The notes below the pieces were generated by a model. The model made no database searches. It saw only the letters and a program-made list of their open reading frames with translations, and was not told where the DNA came from. Shown here one piece after another: positions 13,750 to 27,319 of a stretch of 63,134 bases of DNA (the first letter of the stretch is position 1; every line of letters starts with the position of its first letter). The stretch comes from Octopus bimaculoides. Lineage: Eukaryota. The DNA is taken from positions 84,214,124 through 84,277,257 of the forward strand of contig NC_068983.1 in assembly GCF_001194135.2 (NCBI RefSeq), given 5' to 3'. The position numbers were made by a program, and so were the translations under genes.

Positions 13750-14125
13750 TGGCACTCCGTCGCTTACGACGTCGAGGGTTCCAGTTGAACCGATCAACGG
13801 AACAGCCTGCTCGTGAAATTAACGTGCAAGTGGCTGAGCACTCCACAGACACGTGTACCCTTAATGTAGTTCTCGGGGATATTCAGCGTGACACAGTGTG
13901 ATAAGGCTGGCCCATTGAATTACAGGCACAACAGAAACAGGAAGTAAGAGTGAGAGAAAGTTGTGGTGGAAGAGTACAGCAGGGTTCGCTACCATCCCCT
14001 GCCGTAGCCTTGTGGAGCTTTAGGTGTTTTCGCTCAATAAACTCACAACGCTCGGTCTAGGAATCGAAACCGCGATCCTATGACCGCGAGTCCGATGCCC
14101 TAACAACTGGGCCATTGCGCCACCA
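13750..14125 (-). mobile_element. tRNA-derived SINE (family E)
   Basis: Head tggcccagttgttagggcatcggactcgcgg...gtttcgattcc. Body matches 10528-10840. Confidence 0.85.
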
Positions 14126-14646
14126 CTGTACAGCTGCCACACCAACTCCAAACCACATTGCTTTATGTCTTTAGAGACATATGACGGTCTTCATCGAGAA
14201 AATTGAGAAATTTTCTCAACCATCACTGATGTTCTAACGTCCGACTCCCTCCCAGACATCTCACCATCTCTCACCTCCTCTCTACTGTCCTTGAACCTCT
14301 TGTGCCAGCGAAAAACAGATGCTCGGCTCATACAAGTTAATCCATAAGCAGTGTGGAACATTTCACAAGTTTCTGTAGCGCTTCTGCCCAGTTAAACACA
14401 AAACTTTATTGAATAGCGAGCTTCTAATTTGTCTTCACACCCATATTGCATTCTACAAACTAGTCAGCTGTGGCAGGCAGTGTATAGTTGAGTTACGTTC
14501 AAAACGCTGTAACAGCCGTCTCCTTCAATCTGGAATTTTAAAGAAGCTGGTAGGTCAGCTTATTAGATGTACAGTTATACTAAAATTACAATAATCTAGT
14601 TGTAACTGCCTCTCCTAAAAAAATTCTCAAACTTTCTGGAATGCAC

Positions 14647-14752
<106 letters not shown>

Positions 14753-15026
14753 AACACACACACACACACACACGTACATACATACATACATACATACATA
14801 CATACATACATACATACACACATACATACTAATGAGACAAACACTTGTGTATCAAAGTGACATGCACACATATTACATGACAACAAATATATCCGCACAT
14901 ACATCCACATATATGCACACACACTAACTCATTCATATACTCACAAGTCCCAAAAACTGCTTTGGCCCAAACATAAGGCCAAGGAAAAATTTAATCTCAT
15001 ACATACGTATGGATATGTTCTGTCTC

Positions 15027-15069
<43 letters not shown>

Positions 15070-16329
15070 NNNNNNNNNNNNNNNNNNNNNNNNNNNNNNN
15101 NNNNNNNNNNNNNNNNNNNNNNNNNNNNNNNNNNNNNNNNNNNNNNNNNNNNNNNNNNNNNNNNNNNNNNNNNNNNNNNNNNNNNNNNNNNNNNNNNNNN
15201 NNNNNNNNNNNNNNNNNNNNNNNNNNNNNNNNNNNNNNNNNAATTATTTCCCTTGGACTACTATTTATTATATCACTTTTCCAGGGGAGGTAATCAGAGC
15301 AGATGTGTTGTCAAAAACTGCAAGCTTGTCTTCATATATTGTTTTTATACTTCTAAGTATCTCCTAGAACAGGCAAATGATTAAAAAGAACGATGTGTAG
15401 TCTTGTACGTGAATAATAGATGATATCCCCAATTACTCCAGATGTATTCCTGTTCATCGAAAACTAGACAACAACAAGTTATTTTTTTTATATATTGTTT
15501 ATTGCTTCCATATCTCAGCTGAAACAAGATTCAAAACTTGATATGTGCTTCCGATCTATGGCTACTGTTCTTGTTGTTGTTGTTGTTGATGATGATGATG
15601 ATGATGATGATGATCTTTTTTATCTTCTCTTACTCCTCCTCCTGGTCAGCTCTAATCGAACAGACCTTTGATTAAATGTATTTCAATCGTAACTATACCA
15701 TCTTTTGCTGCGTACAGAAAATAGAGACGGATAGCTAGAGAAAAAAACAATTAAGGTGAGATAGTTAACTGAACCTGAGATCTGTGGATGTTACAGATAG
15801 GATTATAAAAAAATTACATTCATGGATAGGCATGAACCCTCTGGACGCGAATGGACATCAAAAAATGGCTGTAGTGATGATGACAACTATAAAGGAGTTT
15901 AAAAGCATATGTCTCTAAATTTTGTTTTCTCAGCATGCTAAACTTCAAATCTAGTTTTTCACATAAAGGTATAATGGTATAAATTGGCAGAAATATGTGA
16001 ATAGTTTATGATCATTTTATAAAAATCAACTTTTACTATATACTATTAAGATGGTAGAATAGTGTGGAAGATTTAAGATTCTTTCATGGAAGATTATTAA
16101 TTTTCTCTTGAAAATGTTTTTTGAGTGGGTATGTGGTGGCTTGTATTCGTGCATTATTAGTGGGGTTTTTGGGGGTTTTTTACTTTGTTAGAGTAAAAAG
16201 GGCTTAGGTATTTCCAGTTGCCTAAAGGACCTGTAGCAATTTTATCTGCCATAAGGGAAAACAGTTCCATTCAACAGCTAGCATTTCTTCCTCGACTTCT
16301 AGTGGTGCAGAAAATTATCCTTTCATCTC

Positions 16330-18520
16330 ATTATTATCGATCGTCTAAATTTTTTTTTTTTTTTTTTTTTTTTTCAGATAGCTTTTAACAAAGAAGTCCA
16401 GAATCTTACCGACCAAATTAACGGTTTGCGGTTTCCAACTTCCAGTCCTCGTGCAAGACTTTGCAGACGTTCGTTTCCTAGACTCCGTAATACAAGTACT
16501 AGCAGGGAGCAGACATCTATTTGTTGGTATCACAACCGTTTTGGAATTCATGCACATAAGTGTATTTCCCCGTGTGCCTTTATTCTGGTTATACAATGCC
16601 AGGAAAATTCCCTTACCAGAGGCTAAACGCGACTACGTCTCTGGAAAGACCATCAAATTGTCGCATTTTTAAAATCCCCGATGCCAATTCCAAGCAGCAT
16701 CCGTTGATCTCCGCAAATCGGCCAATAATGCTACATGCTGCGACTGTAGTATTTGGCCCGTGAGTTTATTGACCGATTCGCAGAGACCAACGGCCGTTAC
16801 CTTACATGCAGTAAATCACTCTGCAATTCATACTTTTGGTGAAGAGTCACTTACTTTGGATATAAATTTCCGATGACAATTTCGACGGGTTTTTATAGTT
16901 GCAGACTTACAGTATCCGATTCGCCGCACAGATTTATTTTTTGCATCATTTTAATCTTTTGGGTTATTTAAGAAATAAACGATTAATCGACTCAAGAACT
17001 CATCTCTCTGCTTAAGGTACGTTTTCCAGCCCTTCTATTGTCAGTTCACTTTTTTTTCGTTCCATCTTCTAATCATTTCCACAAACTTTTTGTTAAAATT
17101 TCCGGATATGGCTCGGAGTGTTTTTCATATCAAACCTCCAGTACATACAGTAACACACCATATGTCGCATCTCGTCCCTTGTTGACCTGTATAGATCGTT
17201 TTTCTAGATAGCCTAAAGCCGTACCCATCAAGGACATTTCATCTCTTACGATTGGAAAAGCACTTGTGACTGAATGGATTTCGCGTTTTGGAGCTCCCCT
17301 CGGCAATTTGAATCAAATCTCTTAGCTGAACATTCAAGCTTTCTGACTACTTGACGGATCCGTACCACTGCTTACCATGTCTAACGGGATGATAGAGCGG
17401 TTTCATCCTCAATTGAAAGCAGCTCTACGCGCTTATCCCGAGTTTTATCCCAATTGTTTTATTGAGTTTTCGATCGAGTGTCAAGAAAGATCTCAGTTTT
17501 TCGCCAATGGAATTACTTTATGGCGCCCCTCATATATTACCTGGTCAGATAGTTACAAATACAACTGCGGTTAACCGAAATTTCGATCCCGCAGATTATG
17601 TTCATCGATTGCGAAAATACACGATGGAATTACCCCCGTTTGTAACCAGATTATAATCAATCAAGTCTTTTGTTCTACCGGGTATTCATAAATGGACTTC
17701 TGTTTTCATACGCAATGACGTAGTCAAGCAACCACTACAGCAGTCTTATACCGACCCGTACCGAGTGTTAAAAGTAAAAGCCAAGTTCATGATTTTAGAC
17801 GTTCAAGAGAAACATCAGACTATTAGAATAGATCGCGTAAAGCAGACTTTTACTGATTCACCTTCTGAGCAACATCACCCCACTTCCCCACCCATACCTA
17901 CATCCACATATCCTACGCACACCTCTAACACAACATCTTCTAATCATACACCAGTTCTAATCATACACCAGTTCTGATCATACACCCACTCCAGCTCGTG
18001 TTACCAAGAGTGGTGTAAAAGTCCATTGGCCAGCCAAATATGCTCACACATACTATTTTTGATTACTTTGTGAATCCTAAAGGCTTCTATGCTGAACTGT
18101 TCCGCATTAATTTTTCTTTCCAGGTTTACGAAATTTCCTTTTTGCTTGTTCTCGCACCATTTTGTGTTTGCGAACTCTAATTATTGACAATATTGTTCTC
18201 ATTTTTTTTTTTTATTCATTTTCGTACTTTTTATTTTTTATCGTAAATTTTACTAAACTATTTGTATTTCGTGTTTTTCTCGAGAGAGAATTTCACTGGT
18301 GCCAGGGTGATGTAGCAAGACCAATTTCAATTATGGCATACTGAAGTCGATTAGCCTCTACGAGACTCAGCACGTTAATTTGTAATGATTGGTCATCTTA
18401 CAGATTGTTTTTCAGTAGACAATGTTGTAGTAATTAAAGCGATGACAAAGACCTCCAAAAAATGGAAAATATGGCATCTTATCACTATAAAGCTGGATGT
18501 TTATAATTATTTCTAGTGCA
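16330..18520 (+). mobile_element. Internally deleted Gypsy LTR retrotransposon relic
   Basis: Gag C-terminal CWYHNRFGIHAHKCISPC, then protease-like LHAVNHSAIHTFGEESL/FIVADLQYP. Integrase pieces TCIDRFSR, EWISRFGAP, SNGMIERFH, SPMELLYG, PYRVL, IDRVK. Possible PPT and LTR start TGTAG at 18311. Boundaries approximate. Confidence 0.85.
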
Positions 18521-19547
18521 CTAGTGTACCCCGTCTCTCTCTCTCTCTCTCCAGTTTGTTTCAAGTAAAATTTCTGTTCCTGAAGACAATGTTCAAGTAT
18601 CGATTAATGAAGAGATATCAGGCATGGCTATGTGGCTTCAAGTTCGATCCCACTACTATTATTTATGGCTGTATTCACTTCCAGAGACACTGATAATCCC
18701 TACAAAGTTTCTCTCAGTGTTGAAACTGTCCTAATAACATCATTAAACAATTAGCCCACTGTCGGTGCATCATGTTTCCATGAGTTTTCTCCCCTGTAAT
18801 AACAAGGCAATGGCAGGGGAGACAATTCTAGAGAAAATGCAGTGTCTAAAAGGTTAATAACTTTGGGAGGGGAATGAACTCCATGATATCCCCAGACTTC
18901 TATAGTTAATAAAATGTAGCCATAATGTCACAAGATTTTATGGATGACTAATGTCTTGAAAGTATTTTCAAGATTTAGTAATACTGAATCATGTACATAC
19001 AAATTTTCTCTAAATTCCTATGTTTTCATTCACTAAGATTCAAGATTATGATTTTGTTCCAAAAACCACTTTTCAAAATGACAGTACTCCAAACCCACCC
19101 TAATTTTTTGGTTATTTGAATTTTTTTTTTTTTTTTTCACATTTTAAAACAATGGAGATTGCAATTCTGAAAAGAAAATTAATTTGAAATTTTTAAAAAA
19201 TTTCTTTCACTCTTCCTTGGTTTTCAGAATCCTCATGTATGCCTAACATTAATGTTCCAGAGGTTTGGAAGCCATCCATCCATTTGTGCATACATGGATG
19301 ACTTCTGAATGATAAGCAACAGACAAAGAAAGTCACTCAACATGCTAAAAGTAACATCCAAATCTCCCTCAAACTTTGCACCTTTAAGCTATAAAGGTTA
19401 TATATAACCTTCCTGCTATCGGTAGATATTAAAGCCCACTATCACTCGTAGTGGTCGTGAATACTCATACATAGCCTAACACCTGTGGATGTGTTCTATG
19501 CCCAAGAAACAGTAAGTTATGTAGAGTTGAGTCAAACTGTTATTAAA

Positions 19548-20793
19548 TGAGGGTGGGTTGAAAACTTCATAGGCTGACTATGAAGATATGATGCTAGAAC
19601 CGTGAAATCTTGCATGCATTAATTTCGACTCTTCTTATTAATAACTGCACTGTTTCTTTCCAGGTAAACTGACATCTGACTGCTCAAAGAAGACTTCAAA
19701 AATAACTAGTGCTGACTTCTCTTGAAAGTGAACAAAATTTTGGTATCGCAGGGTTATCAACTACCAGCAAAGAAAGGCTTTAGCCCCCAAGGACATTCAT
19801 GTTAACATGGTTGCTACATTAAGGGATGATGCTCCAGCTTTATCAACAGGGTAAAAGTAGGCAACTGAATTTAGGAAAGAAATTGAGTCTTGAAGATGAC
19901 CCAAGGTCTGAATGTCCTGTAACTGATGAAAATATTGATTTTGTTCAATATATGGATGACAGGTGAGTGACTATAAATCAAATAGCCAATGCTATTAGTA
20001 TATCTCATCAGTATTCTCATCAGTTGAGAATATTCAATACACTAAACTTGGTATGTTGATCTCTGTTCTATGGCTGCAACATCTGACACCTGATCAAAAG
20101 CACACCAGGCTGATCACATCACAGGAAAATCTGACAGTTTCAGGCAGATCCAGTTGGTTTCTTTGTGTTGGTTTCATCAATTTGAGTCAGAGACAAAAAG
20201 ACAAACCATGAAGTGGAAACATCCTTCCTCACCTGCTCCAAAGGAGGTCAAAGCCAAAGGTCAAAGCTACCTGCAAGGAAGGTGATGGCCTGTTTCTTGG
20301 ATGCAGAAGGCATTGTATCTATTATCTTCAAAAGAGCCACGCCATCAATGGAGAGTGGTGTGCCAACTTGCAGAAGCAGTTACAAAAGGCTATCAAGACC
20401 AAACGCCCAGGAAAACTAATGAAAGGGATCTTGTTTCATCAGGACAATGCTCCAGCACACAAGTCTTTGATTTAAATGGCAGCTGTGCATGACTGTGGCT
20501 TTGAGCTAGTTCATCTCCCTCCCTATTCTCCTGGTTTGGCCCCATCTGACTATTATCTGTTCCCCAACATGCAATGTTCCTCAGTATTGCAGTAATGATG
20601 ATGTCGTATCTGCTGTTGTTGAGTTTTTTTGACAAACAGTATGAAAGCTTCTTTGCCAATGGGATCCAAGCACTGCAACACCAATGGAAGAAGTGTGTGG
20701 ACCACAAGTGGGACTATGTTGTAAAATAAACCTCATTCAGTCACATTCCATGAGTTATCTTGGTCAGCTGATGAACTTTTCAGCCAACCCTTG
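19548..20793 (+). mobile_element. Near full-length degenerate mariner (about 1.25 kb)
   Basis: TIRs tgagggtgggttgaaaacttcataggctgac and gtcagctgatgaacttttcagccaacccttg|ta. Motifs FHQDNAPAH and PYSPGLAPSDYYLFP. Confidence 0.88.
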
Positions 20794-20959
20794 TAACTCC
20801 AACCAAATGTGTTGAATGCTACTTTTTCTAGTTTGTTCAGTTGTGTGTAGACACACAATCAGCGTTTTTTTATATCTATGAATATCTATGTGCACTCACA
20901 ACATAGAAACTCAATGTTATAAATGATCACCAATCAACATTTTTACTTGTACTATTTTC

Positions 20960-21200
20960 ATCTGGCATGGACAAAATGTGTTGAAGCACCATTCTATATT
21001 GCTGGGAATCCTGAACAACGTAGGCCATGTTATGCTGCATCACTTCATCTTTCAAAGTTCCAGGGTCGATGTCACCATTGAGTTGTTGGACACAATATTG
21101 AAATCCTGGATCAAAAAGAGTGACTTAGAGAAGAACAAATGCATTCCAGCAGCACTATGCTCCTTCTCACATTGCACTCAGAATTCATAAATGGCTCAAA
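20960..21200 (+). mobile_element. Tc1-like transposase fragment
   Basis: IELLDTILKSWI and QHYAPSHIALRIHKWLKKNF resemble the DDE catalytic region. Confidence 0.5.
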
Positions 21201-22249
21201 AAGAATTTTCATGAGCAAGTAACTTCCTCTTAGCTCTTGATTTGAGTCCACTCAACATCTGTATCTGAAGAGGGAAACCACCTACTGGCAACCTCACAAT
21301 ACCAAAAGTTTGTTGACAGCTAACATCATAGATATTATGGATAACAAGGATGAGAATGAAAATCTCCAAGGATTCTCGCTTTGAGTGAAGTGAAGGTTGT
21401 ATGATGCTTTTGTATGAAATATAATGTTGCATGATGATGGTGGTGAAATATGAAATTGAATGTGAAGTATGTACAAAGGCAGGAAAGAAATGAGATGAGC
21501 TTGCTCAGCTAGATGTGTAATGTTCATGTGCATGAAAAACGAAACATAAATGAGCTGAGAGAAAAAACTGGGTCTCAGAAGAATCAAATGCAGTGTGTAA
21601 GAATGATGATTAAGCTCATATGGACATATGATGCACAGAGAAAATTATTGTTGGGTAAAGAAATGCTAAGGAACACAAACTGATAGGAACCTGAAAAAGA
21701 GGAATACCATGTAAGACATGAGATGTGGCAAAAGGTGAGTTTAGGGGGCTGAAATTCCTGAATGATATATCAAGGACTCCAACAAGTGAAAAGAACTATG
21801 ATGAAGGCACATCCAACACATACAAGCATGGGAATTCAGACCTAAAATGTTCATTTGGATAATGATAATGATGAGGAGTAATCCTTAAGCCAAAATGCTG
21901 GCAGATCATATCCAATTCATCAGCATTGTCCTATATCTCTAAGCAACATACTCAGTAGTCAGATTCAGTCCATTCAATCTTATGTAGGTACCCTATCTAG
22001 GAACAACTCCAAAACAAATGACAAAGGTCTCAGCTTCCAATATTCAGATGAGGTAAGAAGCTACTCCACACAATGATCCTAACAACTGCATATTAGTTTT
22101 CTGTTATCAGTTGTCTATAATTACAGGTGTGCATGTTTATATAATCTAAAACTCATTTGGCAATTTTAAAAAGGTGTGTCAAGAAGGAAGTAATTTGTCC
22201 TAAGTTTTGTCTAAATTTGTTTTAGAACTTAATTCTTTAATCCTACTAG

Positions 22250-23090
22250 GATTGAGAGACAGACATGGAAAGTCTGGAAGGAAAATGAAAGTAGAATGTA
22301 TTACCAAGTAGCTTGAAGGAAATCTAGGCATCAGGTATACCTGGCTAGGGTAGAACTAGAAAAGAAGTTTAAGCATGTTCTGCTATATTAGGGTTGCAGG
22401 TATGTTCCGGATTGCAAAAAAGTGTATCAAATCAAAAGGAACGAAGATGTCATTTAGAAGGGTATCTGAAATTATGAAGGTACATTTGTTATTGCTGCTA
22501 ATGACAAGAAAGAGACATGGAAGTGCTACTAAAGGAGATCACTAAACAAGAAGAATGCATGGGATAGAGCAATTAAGCACATGAAGGAATGGAAAGCTAC
22601 TGGTACATCAAGGATAGTCACTGAGATTTTCAAAATAAATGGTGAATCAACAAATAATTAATTAGGTAATAACAGAAAGGTGTCATGTCTAATGACTAGT
22701 GTAGGAGTATCACTATAAATTGCACAGGAAATACATAAGGGAGATGAAATTGGAGTGGCATCAAATTGTTATGAATGTCACAGGGTTTATAGTAGAATTG
22801 ATTAGAAAGTTAACCTAAACGATATGCAGTTCAGCTTTATGTTTTGAAGAGATACCACAGATGTAATCTTCCTAGTGAGCCAACTGAAAGAGGAACACTT
22901 ACCTAAGATAAACTACTAAACCTAGCATTCATGGACTTGGAGAAAGCCCTTGACAGGGTACCACACTCAGTAATCCAGTGGTCACTAAGAAAACAAGATG
23001 CAGATGACTGGCTGGTGAAGGCTGTAGAAGCTATGTACATGGATGCAGTAAGTAAAGTGGCAGTCAACAATTAGTTCAACTATGAATTTA
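22250..23090 (+). mobile_element. RTE-type LINE RT fragment
   Basis: DMQFSFM, TTDVIFLVSQL, AFMDLEKALDRVPHSVIQWSLRK and WLVKAVEAMY. Confidence 0.85.
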
Positions 23091-24034
23091 TGTGTGTAGA
23101 GTGAATGTGTAAAGTGTTATTGTATAAAATATTAGAGTTACGCAGTCAGTTTCGCAATTGGTTATATATCCAGTATTTCGTTTCGTGGGACCTCAAAGAT
23201 ATTTTGTGTTGTGTTAGAGATATACATTCGTCTACCTTAGAATTGTGTTGGTTGTTTCCATCTCGTGAAAAGAAGTTTTTACTTTCTAAAAGGAGGAGGA
23301 ATATATGCAGGGCTTTTTAAAATACGGAATTGTCTCCCATGACATTTGTAATTTTCAATTTTACCATGTAAGGGAGGCAATCACGAGTTTATATAAAAAC
23401 ATATTGCACCGCACATACGCGTATGTGCACGTATACACACAACACCACCATAGCTCATGGTCACACTGTGTCTGATAATGCTGTTTAAATATACTGTATA
23501 TGTGCACAAATTATATCTACATAATAAATATATCCTAGCACACAAACACACACATGGATGCGCGCATTACGATTATGTACATGCATACACGAACAAACAC
23601 ACATTATGAAAATTGATGAATCTACAATGTTAGTTTATATTTTTACAAAACTCATAGTTTTCCTTCCTTTGTGATCCCATATTACTCATTTTAGCAAACA
23701 AGCAGTATATGGAAAATATCTAAATTATAAGTCATTTACTAGATTACTGGATGTTCTTTGTCATTTGGCTGATTTGAGAAATAATACAAAGAGTGTGCAT
23801 GATTGCTTTAAAAAGTGGAGATTTCATACAGATACAAAAGAAAAATAATCCATAACGTACATAATTCATTTTTTAGAACAGTTGATACCAAAGCCTTCAA
23901 CTTTTTCTATCCCAAAGGGTTTTTCAATTCACTATTTACAAGCTTTTATTTGTAACTTTGTGCTTCAGAATCTGCTGTTCCAAAAGAGAATTTTTTCGTA
24001 TTCCCTCAAAAGTTTAAAATTCTTAAGATGCGAA

Positions 24035-24114
<80 letters not shown>

Positions 24115-25174
24115 ACAGAATAATTGAAAATAATAGTATAAAAAGAAAACCACCTGTGAGTGTTGTAATGTATATGTGGCAAAAATATAGATGTAACAGA
24201 AGGTTAACTCTGTCAACACTGAAAATCTCATCTATTCCACATTGAACATCAATGACTGTCAGCCAAAATGTGAAGAGATAACCTTTCATGTTACATCTGT
24301 ATTTCTGAAATATATTGATCACCACACTTGCATGTATGTTTTGTTTTTGTACCGTTCATTTTGAATTTCCCTGTACATGTGTGTGTGTGTAACAAAAATG
24401 AGCTAAGAGAAATAGTTTGGAGTGGCGAATGGCATGTATATGACAAAGACAATCAAATAGATCTGTTGAATTATCATACAACATAAATTCTTGGTTTATT
24501 AAAATTATCTCCATCTCTTGAGGATGTGTCACAATTATAAATGGCAATTGAAAACAGCTCTATACAAGTAAAGGAGATAATCTCAAAAACCAAAGCTTTT
24601 CCAAACTTGACATGCCGATAAGGGAAAAATGAACAGGCTTATTGTCTGGAGAAAAAATGCATGCATCCATACATACATACATACATACATACATACATAC
24701 ATACATACATACATACATACATACAAGTGCAAGCATAGCTGTGTAATTAAAATGTTTACTCTGGATCCTCAGTCTTAGGTTCAGTCCTACAGTGCAGCCT
24801 CTTATCTAAGTGTCATTACTATAGACATACAGAGATAATACCCCTTCAACAGTACTATTTAGCAAAGGAGCATCTCACACCACACCTTAGCTCACTTCCA
24901 TGATATGAACAATGTAGAGGCAAAAATCCTGAAAGCCTTTACAAATATTATGCTTTACAATATCTGATGATCTCTCATAGTATCTTCACATTATTTCCTT
25001 TGTTTCGGGTCTTGGACTGTGACTTAGTGCCACCAGGTCTGGTCAATCATATCACCCACAGTAATTATTTTATTGATCTCTATTTGTGGAACCACTATGT
25101 CAGGGATATAAAGGAACACAAATATAATCAACACTGGATCCTAAACCATAAAAATAAACACACAATATGTATAT

Positions 25175-25390
25175 AGGCTGTTGCACTCACGATTGTTAGA
25201 TCATGGGTTCGATTCCTTGACTGGGCAGTACATTTCACATTGTTCCAGTCCCCCTTTCAATCAGTAGGGAATATTAGCTTGCTCGCCTAGCCAGCAGAGT
25301 GGCGTCATTTGAAGGCTAAAACAATGCAAAACACAGTGACGAATGATGTGTAACATCTGACAGCTTGGTCAGTCACATAATCACGTGATA
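25175..25390 (+). mobile_element. tRNA-derived SINE (additional family)
   Basis: B box gggttcgattcc followed by a SINE-like body. Only one copy here. Confidence 0.55.
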
Positions 25391-25402
25391 TATATATTTA
25401 TG

Positions 25403-25460
<58 letters not shown>

Positions 25461-25469
25461 GGCTTCTGC

Positions 25470-25615
25470 AGTTTTTGTCTACCAAATTCCATTCACAAGG
25501 TGTAAACTCAACCAGAGGCTGTAGCAGAAAACACTTGAAACATGTACTGTGCAATAGGACTGAACCTGGTACTTCATGGTTACAAAATGAACTTCTGAGT
25601 CATGCAGCCACTGAA
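25470..25615 (-). mobile_element. SINE family C head
   Basis: Reverse complement of the gtggctg...ggttcagtcc...tttggtagacagaaactg head. Confidence 0.7.
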
Positions 25616-27275
25616 AATATAAGTCACTGAAAACCAAAGATCAAGATTCTGCTTCAACAGCCACAAATATACTTCAGCTTTGATCTGTTGCTAGCTATCT
25701 ACAAACTTTGAATGTGACCTGTTTAGAGTACTTTTCAGATATCTATATTTGTACAGTTATGAATTGTGAAGACTATGCGCATAAATAAAACAAAAAATAC
25801 ATCTAGCTAATCCACTTGCATTTGCTAACACGCTAAACCCACCAGCACACAAATGCATTTCACTTCCTATCTTTAATACTGCTACTGTTTATCTTAAATA
25901 GTCCCTGTTTATCTGTGTATGAAGAAGTGTAAACTGAGAATTATATCAACCTGTCCTTCTCTTTTTCATTGAGAAGTGTTTACACATTTAACATGTTAAA
26001 CATGTCCATTTCCAGTGAACCTGTAATGTCAGTGTTGAATGATAGATTAGGGACAGATAATTCAGTCATGAGGACAGTTTTTGTAATGTTTTCAAAGAGT
26101 CATTAATAAGCACCAAATGAAATAGAAGACAAAATAAAAAAAGACTGATAGACTCTGACCCACTAATAGGATTCAATTGCTTACAACAGGCAACCATATT
26201 ACCAAATGGACTCGGAATGTCTGTTATTGAATTTCTTCAAATTACAACCTATAATTTGCTTCTGCTATTTTAACCATATTATTTTATTTCCATAAGGTAA
26301 CACTCTGTAACAAAATTTTTACTTTTATTTTCGTCTTTAGTCAGTAAAGTGTTATTTCCTATTTGCTTCAATCTAGAAATCAAAGAAAATGATTACTATT
26401 CCCTTCAAACCTTGCTTTTGTAATCTGGACATCAATGTTTTGAAACTGACATATTTTCCATTACATTTCAGACAGACTCTGTACTGAGTTACTGAAGCAG
26501 AAAATTGTTATAGCAAATATTCTGCTCAATACCACCGATTTGCTTGTCAGTTGCTTAATCTTAACCACTTGAGCATGCCCCTTAGTGGCTGACAATATGT
26601 GTATCTTTGATCGTGAGCAGGAGTAGTTGGGGAACATCATAGCCATGTGCTGAGAGGGATTCTTTAGGGTTTGAATAAATATCATAACAAAAGCAAAGTC
26701 TGAAGGAAATATCAACCATTTTCATACTTTCTGGGGGTAAGCAAATAGGAAATAAACAGTTGCTATTGAAGGACTAAAATTGTGTTACACAGTCTAATAG
26801 GTCAATCATCTTGTATTAGTTGGAAAAGCTATTCTATTATTGTTCAAATTAGTGTGGTGTAATCTGTTAAAATCTTAGTAGTTAGTTCAGAAATGTTCAT
26901 GGTTAAGCAACTTCACCTTTGTTAATTTGCAGTTTTCTAAAAAAGATTTATTTTTAATTTTGAATAAAAGAAGAAATATATGTTGAACCCTAAATCATTT
27001 TATGCTTTACTTTTTTTATGTATTGGTTATGTTTAGATTATTTATTTCAAATTGTGATAGCAATAATGAATTCTTTTTACTAGATACATTGCTAATTTTG
27101 GTTACAAGAGTATAGATTGCTACTGATACTTAGTTTCTCAACCTTAGAGGAATGACATGGAAGTTGACCCCAGTGAAAACAGTGATAGACCAAATTATAT
27201 AATATATATAGTAACCAATTGGTAATTTTACAGTTTTGGGCATCTCCATCATGTTTCATGGCAATAACACTGAGA

Positions 27276-27319
<44 letters not shown>

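Noticed and set aside
17935-17990. Short tandem repeats (17-bp x3 here; about 23-bp x3 at 58270; 12-bp x3 at 59745)
   Set aside because: Ordinary slippage products with no further structure.
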